Shown: piece by piece, positions 1 to 11,033 of the stretch
How the letters are laid out: each line of letters opens with the position of its first letter
How positions within the stretch are numbered: position 1 is the first letter of the stretch
Assembly (NCBI GenBank): GCA_027022365.1
Contig: JALVYU010000026.1
Location: 416,001 to 480,000 of the forward strand
DNA: 64,000 nt
From: Desulfurococcales archaeon
Lineage (GTDB): Archaea; Thermoproteota; Thermoprotei_A; Sulfolobales; Desulfurococcaceae
Direction: 5' to 3'
Notes under the pieces: generated by a model
What the model saw: the letters and a program-made list of their open reading frames with translations, nothing else
What the model was told of the DNA's origin: nothing
Database searches by the model: none
Translations under genes and position numbers: made by a program

Positions 1-373
1 CGATAATCACAGCTTTGCCCACATACTCCTTGCCCGATAAGGTTCTCACGATCCATTTATCATCTTTCGGTACGACTTCTACTGCTTTCTCAACTATTAT
101 TGGCACGTCATACTTCTTGACATGGTTCACAAATTTTTTCACTAATTCATTTCCCGGCATGTCAGGTAATCCTGGATAGTCGTCGACTAGTGGTGCTTCC
201 GACATATATCCACCGATGAGCTCCGTTATCACTATAGAGCTTAGATTATACCTAGCGGAATATAGTGCCGCTGTGAGGCCCGCCGGGCCTCCACCTATTA
301 TAACTATGTCGTATTCTTTCTTCTCTTGACCAGAATCTATTGACAAGCCTGAAAGGCTAAAGCGTAGGCTCAT
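1..373 (-). CDS. trxB: Thioredoxin reductase-like FAD oxidoreductase (5' part; runs off the window start)
   Basis: Manual translation from ATG 373: MSLRFSLSG...YDIVIIGGGPAGLTAALYSARY...GGYMSEAPLVDDYPG, the TrxR Rossmann N-terminus. Confidence 0.85.
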   Translation of the reverse strand, partial: MSLRFSLSGLSIDSGQEKKEYDIVIIGGGPAGLTAALYSARYNLSSIVITELIGGYMSEAPLVDDYPGLPDMPGNELVKKFVNHVKKYDVPIIVEKAVEVVPKDDKWIVRTLSGKEYVGKAVII

Positions 374-505
374 TTTCACATCGCCTTCTTACATGGATTC
401 GTATAGGGGTTTATTTTTCTGTCTCAAATGCCTAATTATTTAAATGTAAATACAATCAAATAACGTAATACTAAATAATATGAGTTTTTAACAAAACATC
501 TACTA

Positions 506-1468
506 GTGAAGAACATGGAATACGTTGATCTCGGTAATACCGGGCTACAAATATCTAGGATCGGGCTTGGAACATGGCAGTTCAGTGAAACATGGGGAGT
601 AACAGACTATAAAATTGCAAAAGATATTGTAGAGAAAGCAGTTGAGATGGGCATTAATCTATACGACACAGCAATGGTTTACGGTAATGGGCTAAGCGAA
701 GAATTCCTGGGAAAAGCGCTCCGGGAAATTGGTGTTAAACGCGACGAGGTAGTGATCGCCACCAAAATACCTGGGGATTACCTTAATCCGGGGGATGTAT
801 TCAGGGCAGTAGAGAGATCGCTCAAAAGGCTTCAGACAACTTATATAAATATATTACAACTACACTGGCCGCCATGCTGGCATAATTTTCCCACTTGCAA
901 ATATATGAGAGCGCTTGAGCGACTCGTAAAGCTGGGCCTTATAAACCACATTGGTGTCAGTAATTATCCGATAGCACTCGTGGATGAGGTAAGAAGTTGT
1001 CTCTCAACAATAGATATTGTCAGCATGCAGTACAGATATAATATCATTGAGAGACAGGCAGAGGAAGAACCTATCCCGTACGCCGAAGAGAACGATCTTG
1101 TATTCTTGGCGTGGAGTCCACTCACTAAAGGAGCTGTAACTGGTAAATACACGTTAGAAAACCTCCCAGTATTCAACGATGTACGCAGAACTGATCCCAT
1201 ATTCCATCCCGAAAACTTTCAGAAAATAAAGCCATTGGTGGACAAACTTACTGAACTCGCGGAAAAATATGGTAGAACACCAGCTCAGATAGCACTTAAT
1301 TGGATCATCATGTATAGTGACTCTATAATCCCTATACCAGGTGCCAAGAAACCAGAACAAGTCGTGCAAAATGCTGAAAGCGTGGGGTGGCGGATGAGCA
1401 TACATGACTGGCTAGAGCTTGAGAAGTTGTCTAGAAATATTATGATAGAATACTCTGTATATTACTAG
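506..1468 (+). CDS. Aldo/keto reductase
   Basis: GLGTWQF, DTAMVYGNG, ATK, LQLHWP, IGVSNY, AWSPL, IPIPG motifs. Confidence 0.93.
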   Translation: MKNMEYVDLGNTGLQISRIGLGTWQFSETWGVTDYKIAKDIVEKAVEMGINLYDTAMVYGNGLSEEFLGKALREIGVKRDEVVIATKIPGDYLNPGDVFRAVERSLKRLQTTYINILQLHWPPCWHNFPTCKYMRALERLVKLGLINHIGVSNYPIALVDEVRSCLSTIDIVSMQYRYNIIERQAEEEPIPYAEENDLVFLAWSPLTKGAVTGKYTLENLPVFNDVRRTDPIFHPENFQKIKPLVDKLTELAEKYGRTPAQIALNWIIMYSDSIIPIPGAKKPEQVVQNAESVGWRMSIHDWLELEKLSRNIMIEYSVYY

Positions 1469-1505
1469 GCGAAATACTGGCTGGTCAAGCTACGTATTTA
1501 ATGTT

Positions 1506-1940
1506 TTAATGTATTAGCTCTTTTTTAATAACCATTAAGGCTGAGACTAGGGCAGGGCTTGGCAGATTATTTGGTATTCCAGCCAATCTAATCGGTTCGA
1601 CGGTTAGGAGTTCCTTCTTGCTTGGCTCCTGATCCCCTCCATTAATTATAATACATGATCCTTCCTCGATATCCTCGATTTTCTTCTCGGAACCCCGGTC
1701 CGTGATAAAGTATCTCTTGCTAATGCCCAGCGTGGTTTCTAGATCCTCGATCTCCGGGACTAGAATAAGGGGTTTACCAAGTCTATAGGATATCCTGAAA
1801 GCCTCAGGTACACCGATCTGTGAGGCGGCGCCATAGGGCCTTATAATTATTGGGATCACATCGTTGAAAGCATACACTGTCTTGACAAAGTCCACGACTC
1901 TTTGAACACTCGATGGTGCATACAATGCTATATATAGCAT
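1506..1940 (-). CDS. Conserved archaeal DUF2122/COG4080-type (SPOUT-like) protein
   Basis: SSVQRVVDFVK...GAASQIGVPEAFR pattern; directly downstream of the C5 methyltransferase gene. Confidence 0.6.
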   Translation of the reverse strand: MLYIALYAPSSVQRVVDFVKTVYAFNDVIPIIIRPYGAASQIGVPEAFRISYRLGKPLILVPEIEDLETTLGISKRYFITDRGSEKKIEDIEEGSCIIINGGDQEPSKKELLTVEPIRLAGIPNNLPSPALVSALMVIKKELIH

Positions 1941-2914
1941 TAGATATCACCCTCGTTAAGTAGTCTGGCAACGTATTCCGCTATAGCTCTTGAAAGGGGG
2001 ACGGGGACAGCCTCACCCACTTGATTATATTGTTCGTCTCTCCCTCCATAAAATACGAATTGGTCTGGAAAACCCATTAAACGTGCTTGTTCTCTCACCG
2101 TTAGAAGCCTATTCTCATAGGGATGGATGAACCGGGAACATCCAAGCACTGTCGGGGCGGGTTTTGAGGGATCTAGACGTATTAGATTCGGTAACCTGCG
2201 TCTTGCCCCTTCATAATAGATGAGGGCCTCTCCATATCTCAGTCTCGATACGCGTTTGAGCTTCCTTAAGGGTAAAGGAGGCGGGGGCTCATGGTTTGGG
2301 AGAAGCATGCCTGGTTTGGGCATGTTGGAAAGCGCTTCTCCTACTGTTACTAATCTCTTATGCTTCTTAGGAGTGATCTTAATATTTGATATGAACACTC
2401 TAATTCTATGGCTAGGGGTCCCATAATCTTCTGCTCTCAGCACATTAAAGTAGATCTTATCATATCCTGCTCTTCTGAATTCTCTCATTAGCGCGTACTT
2501 GAGGCCGTTATCCATTATTGCCGGAACGTTTTCCATGATAAATACTCGGGGCTTGAGAATCCCAATTACTCTTATAAAATGTAGTGTCAATTGACCCTGC
2601 GGGTCTTTATAAAGCCTATTAATAGGGTCTTTCTGTCTGCGAGGGTTTGCGCCCGTATATGGCTCACAAGGGGGTGAACCGATAACCAGGTCTATTTCTT
2701 CGCTACCTAGAAGCTCATAAAGAATGGAGCTACTTATCTTCTTTATATCTTCCATTACCACAAGTGTTTGAGGAAAGTTTGCCGAAAAACTCAGGGCTGC
2801 GGGCCGGAAATTATCGATTGCTAGCAAACACTTAAATCTGCCTTGCTGATGAAATCCTTCGGAGAATCCTCCTGCTCCAGAAAATAAATCTACATATTTA
2901 TACACGTTCCCCAA
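1940..2914 (-). CDS. C5 cytosine DNA methyltransferase (orphan)
   Basis: Motif I DLFSGAGG, IV GSPPCEP, VI MENV, IX-X RLLTVREQARLMGFP and QVGEAVP. Confidence 0.92.
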   Translation of the reverse strand: MGNVYKYVDLFSGAGGFSEGFHQQGRFKCLLAIDNFRPAALSFSANFPQTLVVMEDIKKISSSILYELLGSEEIDLVIGSPPCEPYTGANPRRQKDPINRLYKDPQGQLTLHFIRVIGILKPRVFIMENVPAIMDNGLKYALMREFRRAGYDKIYFNVLRAEDYGTPSHRIRVFISNIKITPKKHKRLVTVGEALSNMPKPGMLLPNHEPPPPLPLRKLKRVSRLRYGEALIYYEGARRRLPNLIRLDPSKPAPTVLGCSRFIHPYENRLLTVREQARLMGFPDQFVFYGGRDEQYNQVGEAVPVPLSRAIAEYVARLLNEGDI

Positions 2915-2916
2915 AA

Positions 2917-3465
2917 CTAGATCGCACCCAGGAAAGCCAGATCAGCTTCGATTTCTTTTATCTTCTTCCTTAAGACCTTAATTGATTCTGAGGGATCATA
3001 TTCGTCTAGCGGTGCACCGTCTATTGGACATATGTAATCGTAGTCCATCGCCTCATCTAATGAGTATCTTCTACCACAGACCGGGCACTCGTAGAGAATA
3101 GTGTTCTCTTCATATTCTAGTCTTGTCTTGAGTTTATCTAATGTCTTCTTCAATCTGCTTATGAGTACTCCTTCTAGCTGTTCTCGATTAAGGATCCAGC
3201 CGTGAATAGTTCTATCATCTAGTTTAACCTTCCTGTACGAAATAATTGCTTCTTCGGCCAGCTTTTGGAGAATTCTGCGAGCCTCATTAGATTTTATGCC
3301 GAGTTCTTTACCCAGAGTTTCTTCGGCGACAACACCCCTGCTTCTAATAATATGTGTAATTACTTTTCTAGCATTAGGCCCGTACATCCTAGTTATTAGT
3401 TCTACTATGGCATCCTCGATGATTTTCTCACGATCTCTAATTCTTCCTTGTTTCTTTTTCGCCAA
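2917..3465 (-). CDS. tfe: Transcription factor E (TFE alpha)
   Basis: N-terminal winged helix plus YECPVC...CPIDG Zn ribbon; conserved context. Confidence 0.9.
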   Translation of the reverse strand: MAKKKQGRIRDREKIIEDAIVELITRMYGPNARKVITHIIRSRGVVAEETLGKELGIKSNEARRILQKLAEEAIISYRKVKLDDRTIHGWILNREQLEGVLISRLKKTLDKLKTRLEYEENTILYECPVCGRRYSLDEAMDYDYICPIDGAPLDEYDPSESIKVLRKKIKEIEADLAFLGAI

Positions 3466-3991
3466 CGTTGATCACCTTTTTACCATGAGCACAGGGCTCT
3501 ATGATAACTTTAGCGTTTGGAAATGATAAATGTAGTTCACGGCCCTCGAACAGTCTGTCCAGAAACACAGCTAAGGCGGCAACCTCGGAGTGAGGCTGAT
3601 GTCCGATAGCGACATTATAGTCGGCAATATCGTAGAAATATCTAGGCACTTTCTCTGCACCCACGACGATTAATAAGTCCCTATTAGTATTTCTTATCTT
3701 GTCTATCACATCGTCGATGTGAAGCCCATACATTGTCAGATGAACAATAATTCCATTTTCTCGTTTCCATTTCTCCATATACCTCCTATGGTCAACGCCC
3801 ATCTCTACGTGGAGCTTACCGCCCCATCTCTCTTCCACCTTCCTAATAGTCTCCATTATTTTCTTGTCAACTACGTCTGTAAGGATAAACCCATTAGCGC
3901 CGAAAGCCCTGGCGACCAGTGCCACATGTGTTGTTATTCTTTTATCTCGCCCCGGTCTATGCCCGTATCTCAACACATATATTCTCCGCAT
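3437..3991 (-). CDS. trm56: tRNA (cytidine56-2'-O)-methyltransferase
   Basis: [26 protein letters not shown]; VHLTMYG; VGAEKVP; [15 protein letters not shown]. Confidence 0.95.
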   Translation of the reverse strand: MRRIYVLRYGHRPGRDKRITTHVALVARAFGANGFILTDVVDKKIMETIRKVEERWGGKLHVEMGVDHRRYMEKWKRENGIIVHLTMYGLHIDDVIDKIRNTNRDLLIVVGAEKVPRYFYDIADYNVAIGHQPHSEVAALAVFLDRLFEGRELHLSFPNAKVIIEPCAHGKKVINVGEKETRKN

Positions 3992-5048
3992 TTAGATCAC
4001 CACTTGAAATATCGTTGATAAGCCTCTTGAGCAATTCTATATTATAGCCCGTTCTAGCAGAGATCATTATGGGTATTTCGGAAGGCTCTAATAGCTTATC
4101 GAGTTTTCTGAGTATTCCCGTCAAGTCTTGCAGATCTATAAGGTCGATTTTATTCAATGCGATAATTACTGGTTTTCCGTGAATACCTAGGCCGAGTAAA
4201 ATCTTTCTCGTCTCTCTAAGCTCTTTTAAAGTTTCATCAATCCCCTTAGAAATATCAATTACATTAACTATTATATCGGAGTAAACTATTTCTTCCAGTG
4301 TTGCATAGAATGCATCAATGATCTCGGGAGGAAGATCTCTGATAAACCCGACAGTATCTATAACAATGAATTTCTTCCCATTGAAAAAGAAGGAGCCAGT
4401 CTTAGGATTGAGTGTTGTAAACGGCTCGGGTCCTACTGGTTTATTATAGCCTGTTAATGTATTGAATAGTGTGGTTTTACCTGAGCACGTATATCCTACT
4501 ATAGAGACGTGAGGCAAGCCATATTTGATCCTCTTTTTCCTTCTTATCTCTCTCGTCTTACTCAATTTACGTAGTTCTCTCCTTATCCGTGCTTCACGCT
4601 CTTTCGCCATTTTATAGTATTTTTCATAGCCATAACGTCCCGAGCCGAGGAATCCGTGAAGTTCGCCTAGTTTTGCTCTTCTAATAGCTTCTTTGATAAT
4701 TGGCAACCTATGCTTTAATCTTGCTAATTCTATCTGCATCTTTGCTTCTTTGCTCCCAGCATGTAACGCAAATATTTCGAGGATTAGGTCGATCCGATCA
4801 ACGGGTTCTTTCCCGGTTGTCCGTAGTAGATTGATCTTTTGAACGGGTCTAAGTCTGTCTAAAACTATGATCTCAGACTCAGTATTTTTGATGTATTCAA
4901 GCCTATTCATGGGAATATAGTACTTTGGATTAGGTCTACGCACATATATTATGTCTTCGATTTCAGTATAAACCGTTCTTACCAGGGCGAGTTCTTCCTC
5001 GAGGTGACCCCTGTATTTATGCGGTATGAAAACCAGTGCTGTGTTCAT
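3957..5048 (-). CDS. hflX: Ribosome-splitting GTPase HflX
   Basis: [22 protein letters not shown]; GYTCSGKTT; DTVGFI; NKID. Confidence 0.93.
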   Translation of the reverse strand: MNTALVFIPHKYRGHLEEELALVRTVYTEIEDIIYVRRPNPKYYIPMNRLEYIKNTESEIIVLDRLRPVQKINLLRTTGKEPVDRIDLILEIFALHAGSKEAKMQIELARLKHRLPIIKEAIRRAKLGELHGFLGSGRYGYEKYYKMAKEREARIRRELRKLSKTREIRRKKRIKYGLPHVSIVGYTCSGKTTLFNTLTGYNKPVGPEPFTTLNPKTGSFFFNGKKFIVIDTVGFIRDLPPEIIDAFYATLEEIVYSDIIVNVIDISKGIDETLKELRETRKILLGLGIHGKPVIIALNKIDLIDLQDLTGILRKLDKLLEPSEIPIMISARTGYNIELLKRLINDISSGDLNAENICVEIRA

Positions 5049-5053
5049 TGGAA

Positions 5054-5581
5054 CTACTTCCCTTCTTTCCTAATCTTTATCAAGTCACCTATGGTGAAGT
5101 AGTCGTCCCCCTTCCTACTCTTATAGTCAAATTCAACCTCGTCTGCAATAGGCTCTAATAGAGTTATTCCCAGTACTTTTTCGAGTCTTCTAGCAAGCTC
5201 GATGCTTGGTTTTAGGCGTCCAGCCTCAATTCTCTTTATCACATTCTCTTTTTCTCTAACTTTTTGCGCCAGTACTTTCTGGGTCCATCCAAGTCTTTGT
5301 CTAGCCCTTCTTATTCTCTCGGCATAGTCTTCTATAATCTCGTAATCGTCCTCAAGTATTCTTCTAGGTATTCTCCTCGGCGGCCTGGGCTTTACGGGTC
5401 TGGGCTTCCGAGTTGCTAATGATGGGGTAGTAAATGTTCTTTGGGTGGGAACGCCTCTTTTCTTCATTAGCCTGTTATAGCATTGCGGACAAACAGTCAT
5501 TACTACTCCTTCAACCATAACAGTTCTACATAGTCGTTCATCTGGGATCTCTCTGCCGCACAACTCGCAGTAGCAGGGCAT
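5054..5581 (-). CDS. mbf1: Multiprotein bridging factor aMBF1
   Basis: CELCG/CPQC Zn ribbon plus HTH (IRRARQRLGWTQKVLA...IEAGRLKP) and C-terminal TIGD. Confidence 0.93.
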   Translation of the reverse strand: MPCYCELCGREIPDERLCRTVMVEGVVMTVCPQCYNRLMKKRGVPTQRTFTTPSLATRKPRPVKPRPPRRIPRRILEDDYEIIEDYAERIRRARQRLGWTQKVLAQKVREKENVIKRIEAGRLKPSIELARRLEKVLGITLLEPIADEVEFDYKSRKGDDYFTIGDLIKIRKEGK

Positions 5582-5653
5582 TTTCTCATCCTCAGATAGT
5601 GATATTAGATACTATGGTTTTTAGGGGTAGATATAACCATTAGTACTTAGGGG

Positions 5654-6871
5654 TTGATGCTTATGAGCACTAATGAGCCTAAGGACACGTTAACAGGTAA
5701 GATGAGCACTGATGACTATATTAGGTTCTTGGAGTCGAAGCTGAGATGGTTGGAAGTCGAGAAGGAGAGACTGAAAATGCAGATAAAGTATTATCAGACC
5801 GAGATTGAGAAACTATTATCTCCCCCACTCGTAGAGGCAATAGTGATCGATGTACTCGATGATGGAAGAGCTATTGTTAAAAGCACTACTGGGCCAAACC
5901 TGATTGTGAGTATCAGCGAGAAGATAGATAAGGAGAAGCTTCATCCGGGGATGCATGTCGCGTTAAACCAGAGGGGTTCAACGATCGTTGAAATACTTCC
6001 GGATTACGAAGACCCATACGTTAAATCGATGGAAGTGATCGAAAGACCGGAGGTTTCATTCAGTGATATAGGAGGTCTTAAGAGCCAGATCCAAGAGCTT
6101 AGAGAAGTTGTAGAACTACCCTTGAAGAACCCGGACTTATTTAGAGAAGTCGGTATTGAGCCTCCGAAGGGAGTACTCCTCTATGGCCCACCGGGATGCG
6201 GAAAAACGCTTCTAGCGAAAGCTGTAGCTCATGAGGCTGGTGCAACGTTTATCAGTATTGTTGGGAGCGAGCTTGTTCAGAAATTCATAGGTGAAGGTGC
6301 AAGAATAGTAAGAGAAGTCTTTAGACTAGCCAGGAAGAAAGCCCCTGCAATAGTATTTATTGACGAAATAGATGCTATAGCTGCAAGAAGACTTGATATC
6401 GGAACCAGTGGTGAGAGAGAAGTCCAGAGAACCCTTATGCAGCTACTTGCAGAAATAGATGGGTTTAAGTCTCTCGATAATGTTAAGATAATAGCAGCTA
6501 CTAATAGAATAGACATACTTGACCCGGCTATTCTGAGGCCTGGAAGATTTGACCGGCTAATCGAGGTTCCACTACCCGACCTAAATGCCAGGTACGAGAT
6601 ATTCAAAGTACATACACGTAGGATGAAGCTCAAAGGCGTGGATCTGTACGAATTAGCTCGCCGCACTGAAGGAGCTACGGGAGCCGAGATCAAGGCTATA
6701 GTTACCGAGGCCGGATATAATGCTATACGTGATGGACGCAAATACGTTACTATGACTGATTTCATTAGGGCTGTCGACAAGGTTATGTCGAAGAAACACA
6801 TACGTGATAATAATATGAAGTATCTGGACAACGAGCGTGAGAAAAGAAGATTCTCACCGATATTCCAGTAG
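5654..6871 (+). CDS. pan: Proteasome-activating nucleotidase
   Basis: Coiled coil/OB N-terminus, [30 protein letters not shown]. Confidence 0.95.
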   Translation: MMLMSTNEPKDTLTGKMSTDDYIRFLESKLRWLEVEKERLKMQIKYYQTEIEKLLSPPLVEAIVIDVLDDGRAIVKSTTGPNLIVSISEKIDKEKLHPGMHVALNQRGSTIVEILPDYEDPYVKSMEVIERPEVSFSDIGGLKSQIQELREVVELPLKNPDLFREVGIEPPKGVLLYGPPGCGKTLLAKAVAHEAGATFISIVGSELVQKFIGEGARIVREVFRLARKKAPAIVFIDEIDAIAARRLDIGTSGEREVQRTLMQLLAEIDGFKSLDNVKIIAATNRIDILDPAILRPGRFDRLIEVPLPDLNARYEIFKVHTRRMKLKGVDLYELARRTEGATGAEIKAIVTEAGYNAIRDGRKYVTMTDFIRAVDKVMSKKHIRDNNMKYLDNEREKRRFSPIFQ

Positions 6872-6885
6872 AACGGTGTTGGTTT

Positions 6886-7371
6886 TTGCTAGTTCGTCCT
6901 CCAACTCTTTCTGAACTGAGAGAGCTAAGAACAATAGCTAAACTACAGTTTAGAGGGATACCTGATGCTTTTATTCCTGAAGATATACGTCTCGTATTGA
7001 GTCCATCTACGCATAAAATAAGATATCTTATTCTTGATGGTAAACATTATTTGTCGGTGAGAGCTAGTGATTATAGATTCGTACTTCATATTCCTGCGGG
7101 GCTAACATTACATAAATTGTTGCCTCAGCCATTCTGTAGAGTTTATGTTAGCCATAAATATGCTGGTTTCATAGCTGATGGGGGAAACGTGTTTACCAAG
7201 CATGTTGTATGGGCGGATCCAGATATAAGACCCGGCGATGAAGTTGTTGTGATAGATTATGATACAGGAGAAGTTATTGGTGTAGGGAAAGCCTCTAAGC
7301 CCGGATGGGAAATGATATATTATGGATGGGGCGAGGGAGTTAGGATTAGGGAGGGAATAAACGAGGTATAA
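6886..7371 (+). CDS. Stand-alone PUA domain protein (resembles the TGT C-terminal part)
   Basis: GGNVFTKHV...DPDIRPGDEVVV...GVG PUA signature. Confidence 0.8.
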   Translation: MLVRPPTLSELRELRTIAKLQFRGIPDAFIPEDIRLVLSPSTHKIRYLILDGKHYLSVRASDYRFVLHIPAGLTLHKLLPQPFCRVYVSHKYAGFIADGGNVFTKHVVWADPDIRPGDEVVVIDYDTGEVIGVGKASKPGWEMIYYGWGEGVRIREGINEV

Positions 7372-7375
7372 AATC

Positions 7376-8125
7376 TTGGTTGCAAGGATAAAGGCCTTTA
7401 TGCTTAAGGGATTTGATCCATCAGAACTCAAAGGCTCGATCTTCGTGACGGGTTATCAGGGCTTTGGAATGGTCGGATATCTAGCTAGTAGACACATAGC
7501 TATGGAACTGAGTCTTCAACGCGTAGGCTTTATAAAAACACAGCACATGCCCGAAGCAACATTCTATAAAAAAGGATATGGGCTCACCTATCCTTTCGAA
7601 CTGTATTATGGTGTTGTAAATAATAAGAAACTACTGGTACTCGTTAACCACGGTACACCCCATGTACGTGAAAGAACAAGATACGCCGAATATCTGGGCT
7701 CTTGGCTTAAAAGTGTAGGTGTTAGCGAAGCCATACTTATAGGCGGTTTGGACCCTGCTGTAAGGGAGAAAGAAGATGAGAAATACCGGTGGATCCCGAT
7801 AGGAGATTGTAAGAGACAGCTGGATGCACCATTGCTCGAAGAAAAACACGTTATAGGACCTCTTGCTCTAACAATGTTGTTCCTAGAAGCCAACGATATT
7901 CCAGGCGTGGCTATATTTGCTTATACGGAGCTGTACCGCCCGGATCCTAGGGCTACTGCTGTTGCTGTCGATATTATCTCAGATATACTGGGGGTTAAGA
8001 TAAAGACTGATCGCCTCCTGGAAGAAGCTAAGGTTATAGAGAGGATCGAGGAGAAGAAAAAAGAGATGCTCAAGGCTCTTGAAGGCGAGGTTGAGACCGA
8101 ACGAGAACATCCAATGTATGTCTAG
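7376..8125 (+). CDS. PAC2-family proteasome assembly chaperone
   Basis: TGYQGFGMVGYLA; IGGL; PDPRA motif. Confidence 0.85.
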   Translation: MVARIKAFMLKGFDPSELKGSIFVTGYQGFGMVGYLASRHIAMELSLQRVGFIKTQHMPEATFYKKGYGLTYPFELYYGVVNNKKLLVLVNHGTPHVRERTRYAEYLGSWLKSVGVSEAILIGGLDPAVREKEDEKYRWIPIGDCKRQLDAPLLEEKHVIGPLALTMLFLEANDIPGVAIFAYTELYRPDPRATAVAVDIISDILGVKIKTDRLLEEAKVIERIEEKKKEMLKALEGEVETEREHPMYV

Positions 8126-9653
8126 CGCATTTAATACCGTGCCCTAAAAGCATATCACATACTGTTTCTGATAGGCTTTCGGACCAGGAATCCCCAACAT
8201 AATATATTATTACCTCAACTATACTCTTTCCAACCTCCTCGAGTCTTATTATTGTATCAGCAATCTCATTTGAGCTTTCGATAATGGTATAACGGTCGAT
8301 GTTGTCATTGTATTCATGCTGGAAGAACGGGTAAGTGTTGGAAAGACTTGGTGAAAATACGCCTAGGAATGGATGATAAAATAGGCATTTTTCATCGGGA
8401 ATTATTTCTTTAACTAACTCGATGATGTTGCTATAAGGTTTCCTAATAGCTGGTACTAAGTAAATGGTATTTCCAAGATTTAGCTTAGACAAGACGAAGT
8501 CGTATACGTTCTTTTTAATTACTCTGAGTCTTGGATGATATAAGCTATCGTAGTCGTTCATCATTATAGCGAAGGTATTAGGTTTTGTGAGAGGATTATA
8601 TTTTTCGAGTAGCCTAACGTATTTCTTAACTATATTAAACGCTGATCTAAGCGATGGGTGAGCTTTGCTCTTATATTCGAGATACTCCCATAACCTACCT
8701 TCCTTTATATGTTCCTTGATTTTCCTGAGCTCCTCCATGAGGACGTATAGATTATGGGTCGCTAATAATTTGATCTGCTCTTTTCTCTTTAGACTCTTTA
8801 GCTCTGCCAGTGTATATCTGGAACATACTGGGCAATTGCATGGAAGATAGGTTAGCTCGTCTAACCGTCTTGTCCCTGTCTCAGTCATGTAGCGGCCGTC
8901 TCGAGCGTATAGAATATAGCTCGCACTATCAAAAAGATCTGCACCCAAGGCTACTAGAAAAGGTAGAATCATCGGGTGCCCGACACCGAATACGTGGAGT
9001 GGTTTCTGAGGGGGCAAATGTAATCTTGCTAGTGCGACAAGCTCTACTATGTCCGCATAATCATATCTTTCGAGAAGTACTGTAGGAGAACCTAGTGCGT
9101 GGATGTGGTAGGGATACTTCCATGCGCGTAGGCTGGAGTAGAGCACGAGATCCCTATATGGTGCCCCTTGAATAGGGAGAACCCATAATTGATCAGTATC
9201 CATTATTAGAGGTAAGGCTTCTGTTGCTCTATCAAAAGTCTCAAAGACAGCTCTACGTGCTTCTTCCCATGACATTTTAGTTCCTGTTGGTACATCAAGT
9301 ATAACGCCGATGTCAACGCCGATCTGTTTCTCATACTCGATTATTGTCTTATTATCTATTTCAATGTCTCCATAAACCAGTACTTGGTATCCCCCAGAAT
9401 CGGTCATAATTACTTTGTTCCATTTTAGCGTGTCGTGTATGTTCTTGGGTCTTCCTCTATTTCTTCTGTAGAAGAGGTATGCATTTGTAATGAAGGCGTT
9501 AAAACCCATTTTCTCGATTACATATAAGGGCACATCTTGTCGAGTAGGATCAACTACGGGAAAAAGGTAGGGTGTTTCCATTGTTCCGTTTTTTGTTTTT
9601 AGCTTTGCTATCCTTCCAGCTAGATCATATTCTTTTGGGTCATAGTATTCCAA
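8070..9653 (-). CDS. tgtA: Archaeosine tRNA-guanine(15) transglycosylase
   Basis: TDSGGYQ, LDVP, HVFG, DLFDSASY, CNCPVC...HNL Zn site. Confidence 0.93.
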   Translation of the reverse strand: MEYYDPKEYDLAGRIAKLKTKNGTMETPYLFPVVDPTRQDVPLYVIEKMGFNAFITNAYLFYRRNRGRPKNIHDTLKWNKVIMTDSGGYQVLVYGDIEIDNKTIIEYEKQIGVDIGVILDVPTGTKMSWEEARRAVFETFDRATEALPLIMDTDQLWVLPIQGAPYRDLVLYSSLRAWKYPYHIHALGSPTVLLERYDYADIVELVALARLHLPPQKPLHVFGVGHPMILPFLVALGADLFDSASYILYARDGRYMTETGTRRLDELTYLPCNCPVCSRYTLAELKSLKRKEQIKLLATHNLYVLMEELRKIKEHIKEGRLWEYLEYKSKAHPSLRSAFNIVKKYVRLLEKYNPLTKPNTFAIMMNDYDSLYHPRLRVIKKNVYDFVLSKLNLGNTIYLVPAIRKPYSNIIELVKEIIPDEKCLFYHPFLGVFSPSLSNTYPFFQHEYNDNIDRYTIIESSNEIADTIIRLEEVGKSIVEVIIYYVGDSWSESLSETVCDMLLGHGIKCARHTLDVLVRSQPRLQEP

Positions 9654-9654
9654 A

Positions 9655-10107
9655 TTACTTTCCCTTTAGAACCTTCTTTCTTTCCTCCATATATTTCTGG
9701 AAGAACTCATAGATTGTCTGTGCTAATGGGCCTGTGCCTTCCACGCCTTTCTCTGTCACCTTGTAGCGGCTCTGGATAATCACAGCTCTAGCTTCAGGTA
9801 TTATCTTGATTAAATGCTCAGGTATACGCATGTTTCTCATGATGAACTCCTTAAAGTCTTCGGGCTCGAATAATGGTATTTCTGTTGTCAGTATCTCCGA
9901 GACTCTTTCTCCCTTGATAAATACTTTAGGATACGTATTACCATTGTTATCAACAGCGTTTTCCAACAATAGGTTCAGACTCGGATGATCGAAACCAACT
10001 AGTTTTCCCTCGTAATATCGTCCATCAGCAAGAATAACCTTGATCTTCTTGTCAACTAGGCCGGCGAGCTCAGCCGCTAATCGTCTGGAAGCATCGATTA
10101 TGCCCAT
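9655..10107 (-). CDS. Lsm protein with C-terminal extension (SmAP3)
   Basis: Sm1 (YEGKLVGFD...NLLLENA) and Sm2 motifs plus crenarchaeal C-terminal domain. Confidence 0.88.
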   Translation of the reverse strand: MGIIDASRRLAAELAGLVDKKIKVILADGRYYEGKLVGFDHPSLNLLLENAVDNNGNTYPKVFIKGERVSEILTTEIPLFEPEDFKEFIMRNMRIPEHLIKIIPEARAVIIQSRYKVTEKGVEGTGPLAQTIYEFFQKYMEERKKVLKGK

Positions 10108-10196
10108 ATCGTATCACCTTTAGGGAAAACTAATATCCGAGTAGGGATATATTGAAATTGCGCTTATAATGATATGCCCTACTCGGGGGTTACAAG

Positions 10197-10547
10197 ATGC
10201 CAATATACAAGTGTAGGATTGATAGTATTGAGCCGCTCAGGTTGCCCGATGTTTATAGGGCTAAGCTTAGCTGTGATAATGTATCAATGGAAGTAGAGCT
10301 TCATGAAAAGATAATGAAGTTAAAACAAGGGACGGATGTTGAGGTATATATTGATAAGAGTAAGGATAAGTGTCTGCAACATGATTTCTGTGGCCGAGCA
10401 CATGTAGTTTCGATCAATAAATTCGAAGACTATTATCGTGTGGTATTATCTATTGCGGGGCTTCTTGTTGTTATCAAGCTTCGTGAACAGCCTAGGGCAC
10501 CGTTTAAAGTTATGAATGAAGTATATGTTGGTATTAGATATGTTTAA
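10197..10547 (+). CDS. rpo8: RNA polymerase subunit Rpo8 (RpoG)
   Basis: OB-fold-like pattern (DFCGRAHVV...SIAGLLV); position next to SmAP3 as in crenarchaea. Confidence 0.75.
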   Translation: MPIYKCRIDSIEPLRLPDVYRAKLSCDNVSMEVELHEKIMKLKQGTDVEVYIDKSKDKCLQHDFCGRAHVVSINKFEDYYRVVLSIAGLLVVIKLREQPRAPFKVMNEVYVGIRYV

Positions 10548-10656
10548 GTTATGATATAATACCTTTCTTAGCAAAAATACTCCATTCTTGATCATGTATT
10601 TAAGCATATGTAAGATAATCTTCCTAAATAAGGGAGCCAATTATAGAGGGGCGATA

Positions 10657-10992
10657 TTGAAACGTGAGACTACGATATTGGTCGAACTGCTTAGGTACTA
10701 TGATTCCACCGATGACAAGGTATTCGAAGAGCTTCTCGAGCTACAGCGGTATATAGCTCTCCGGACAGCCAAAAACAAGGATTTAGAATACTATATTATA
10801 TCTTATAGTAAGAACAAGGGGAAAGATAAGGGCGTTGTAATAGTAATTCGAGGAATACCTGAAATGACATATAGAGAATCAGAACTACTTGTAGACTATA
10901 TCAAGAGCAGATTCACCACGATCACTTGTAACCGCCTAAATCGTGGCAAGACAGTAAAGCTAGAACTTCCTGTGCCGCAAAATTTTTTCTAA
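10657..10992 (+). CDS. Hypothetical protein; probable N-terminal part of the frameshifted HerA-like ATPase
   Basis: TTG 10657 follows GAGGGG (SD-like); ORF ends CAA AAT TTT TTC TAA and overlaps the open -1 frame of the next ORF. Confidence 0.65.
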   Translation: MKRETTILVELLRYYDSTDDKVFEELLELQRYIALRTAKNKDLEYYIISYSKNKGKDKGVVIVIRGIPEMTYRESELLVDYIKSRFTTITCNRLNRGKTVKLELPVPQNFF

Positions 10993-11033
10993 GGCTCTTT
11001 AGGAGAAGATATGATCAAATAAAAGGATTTGTT

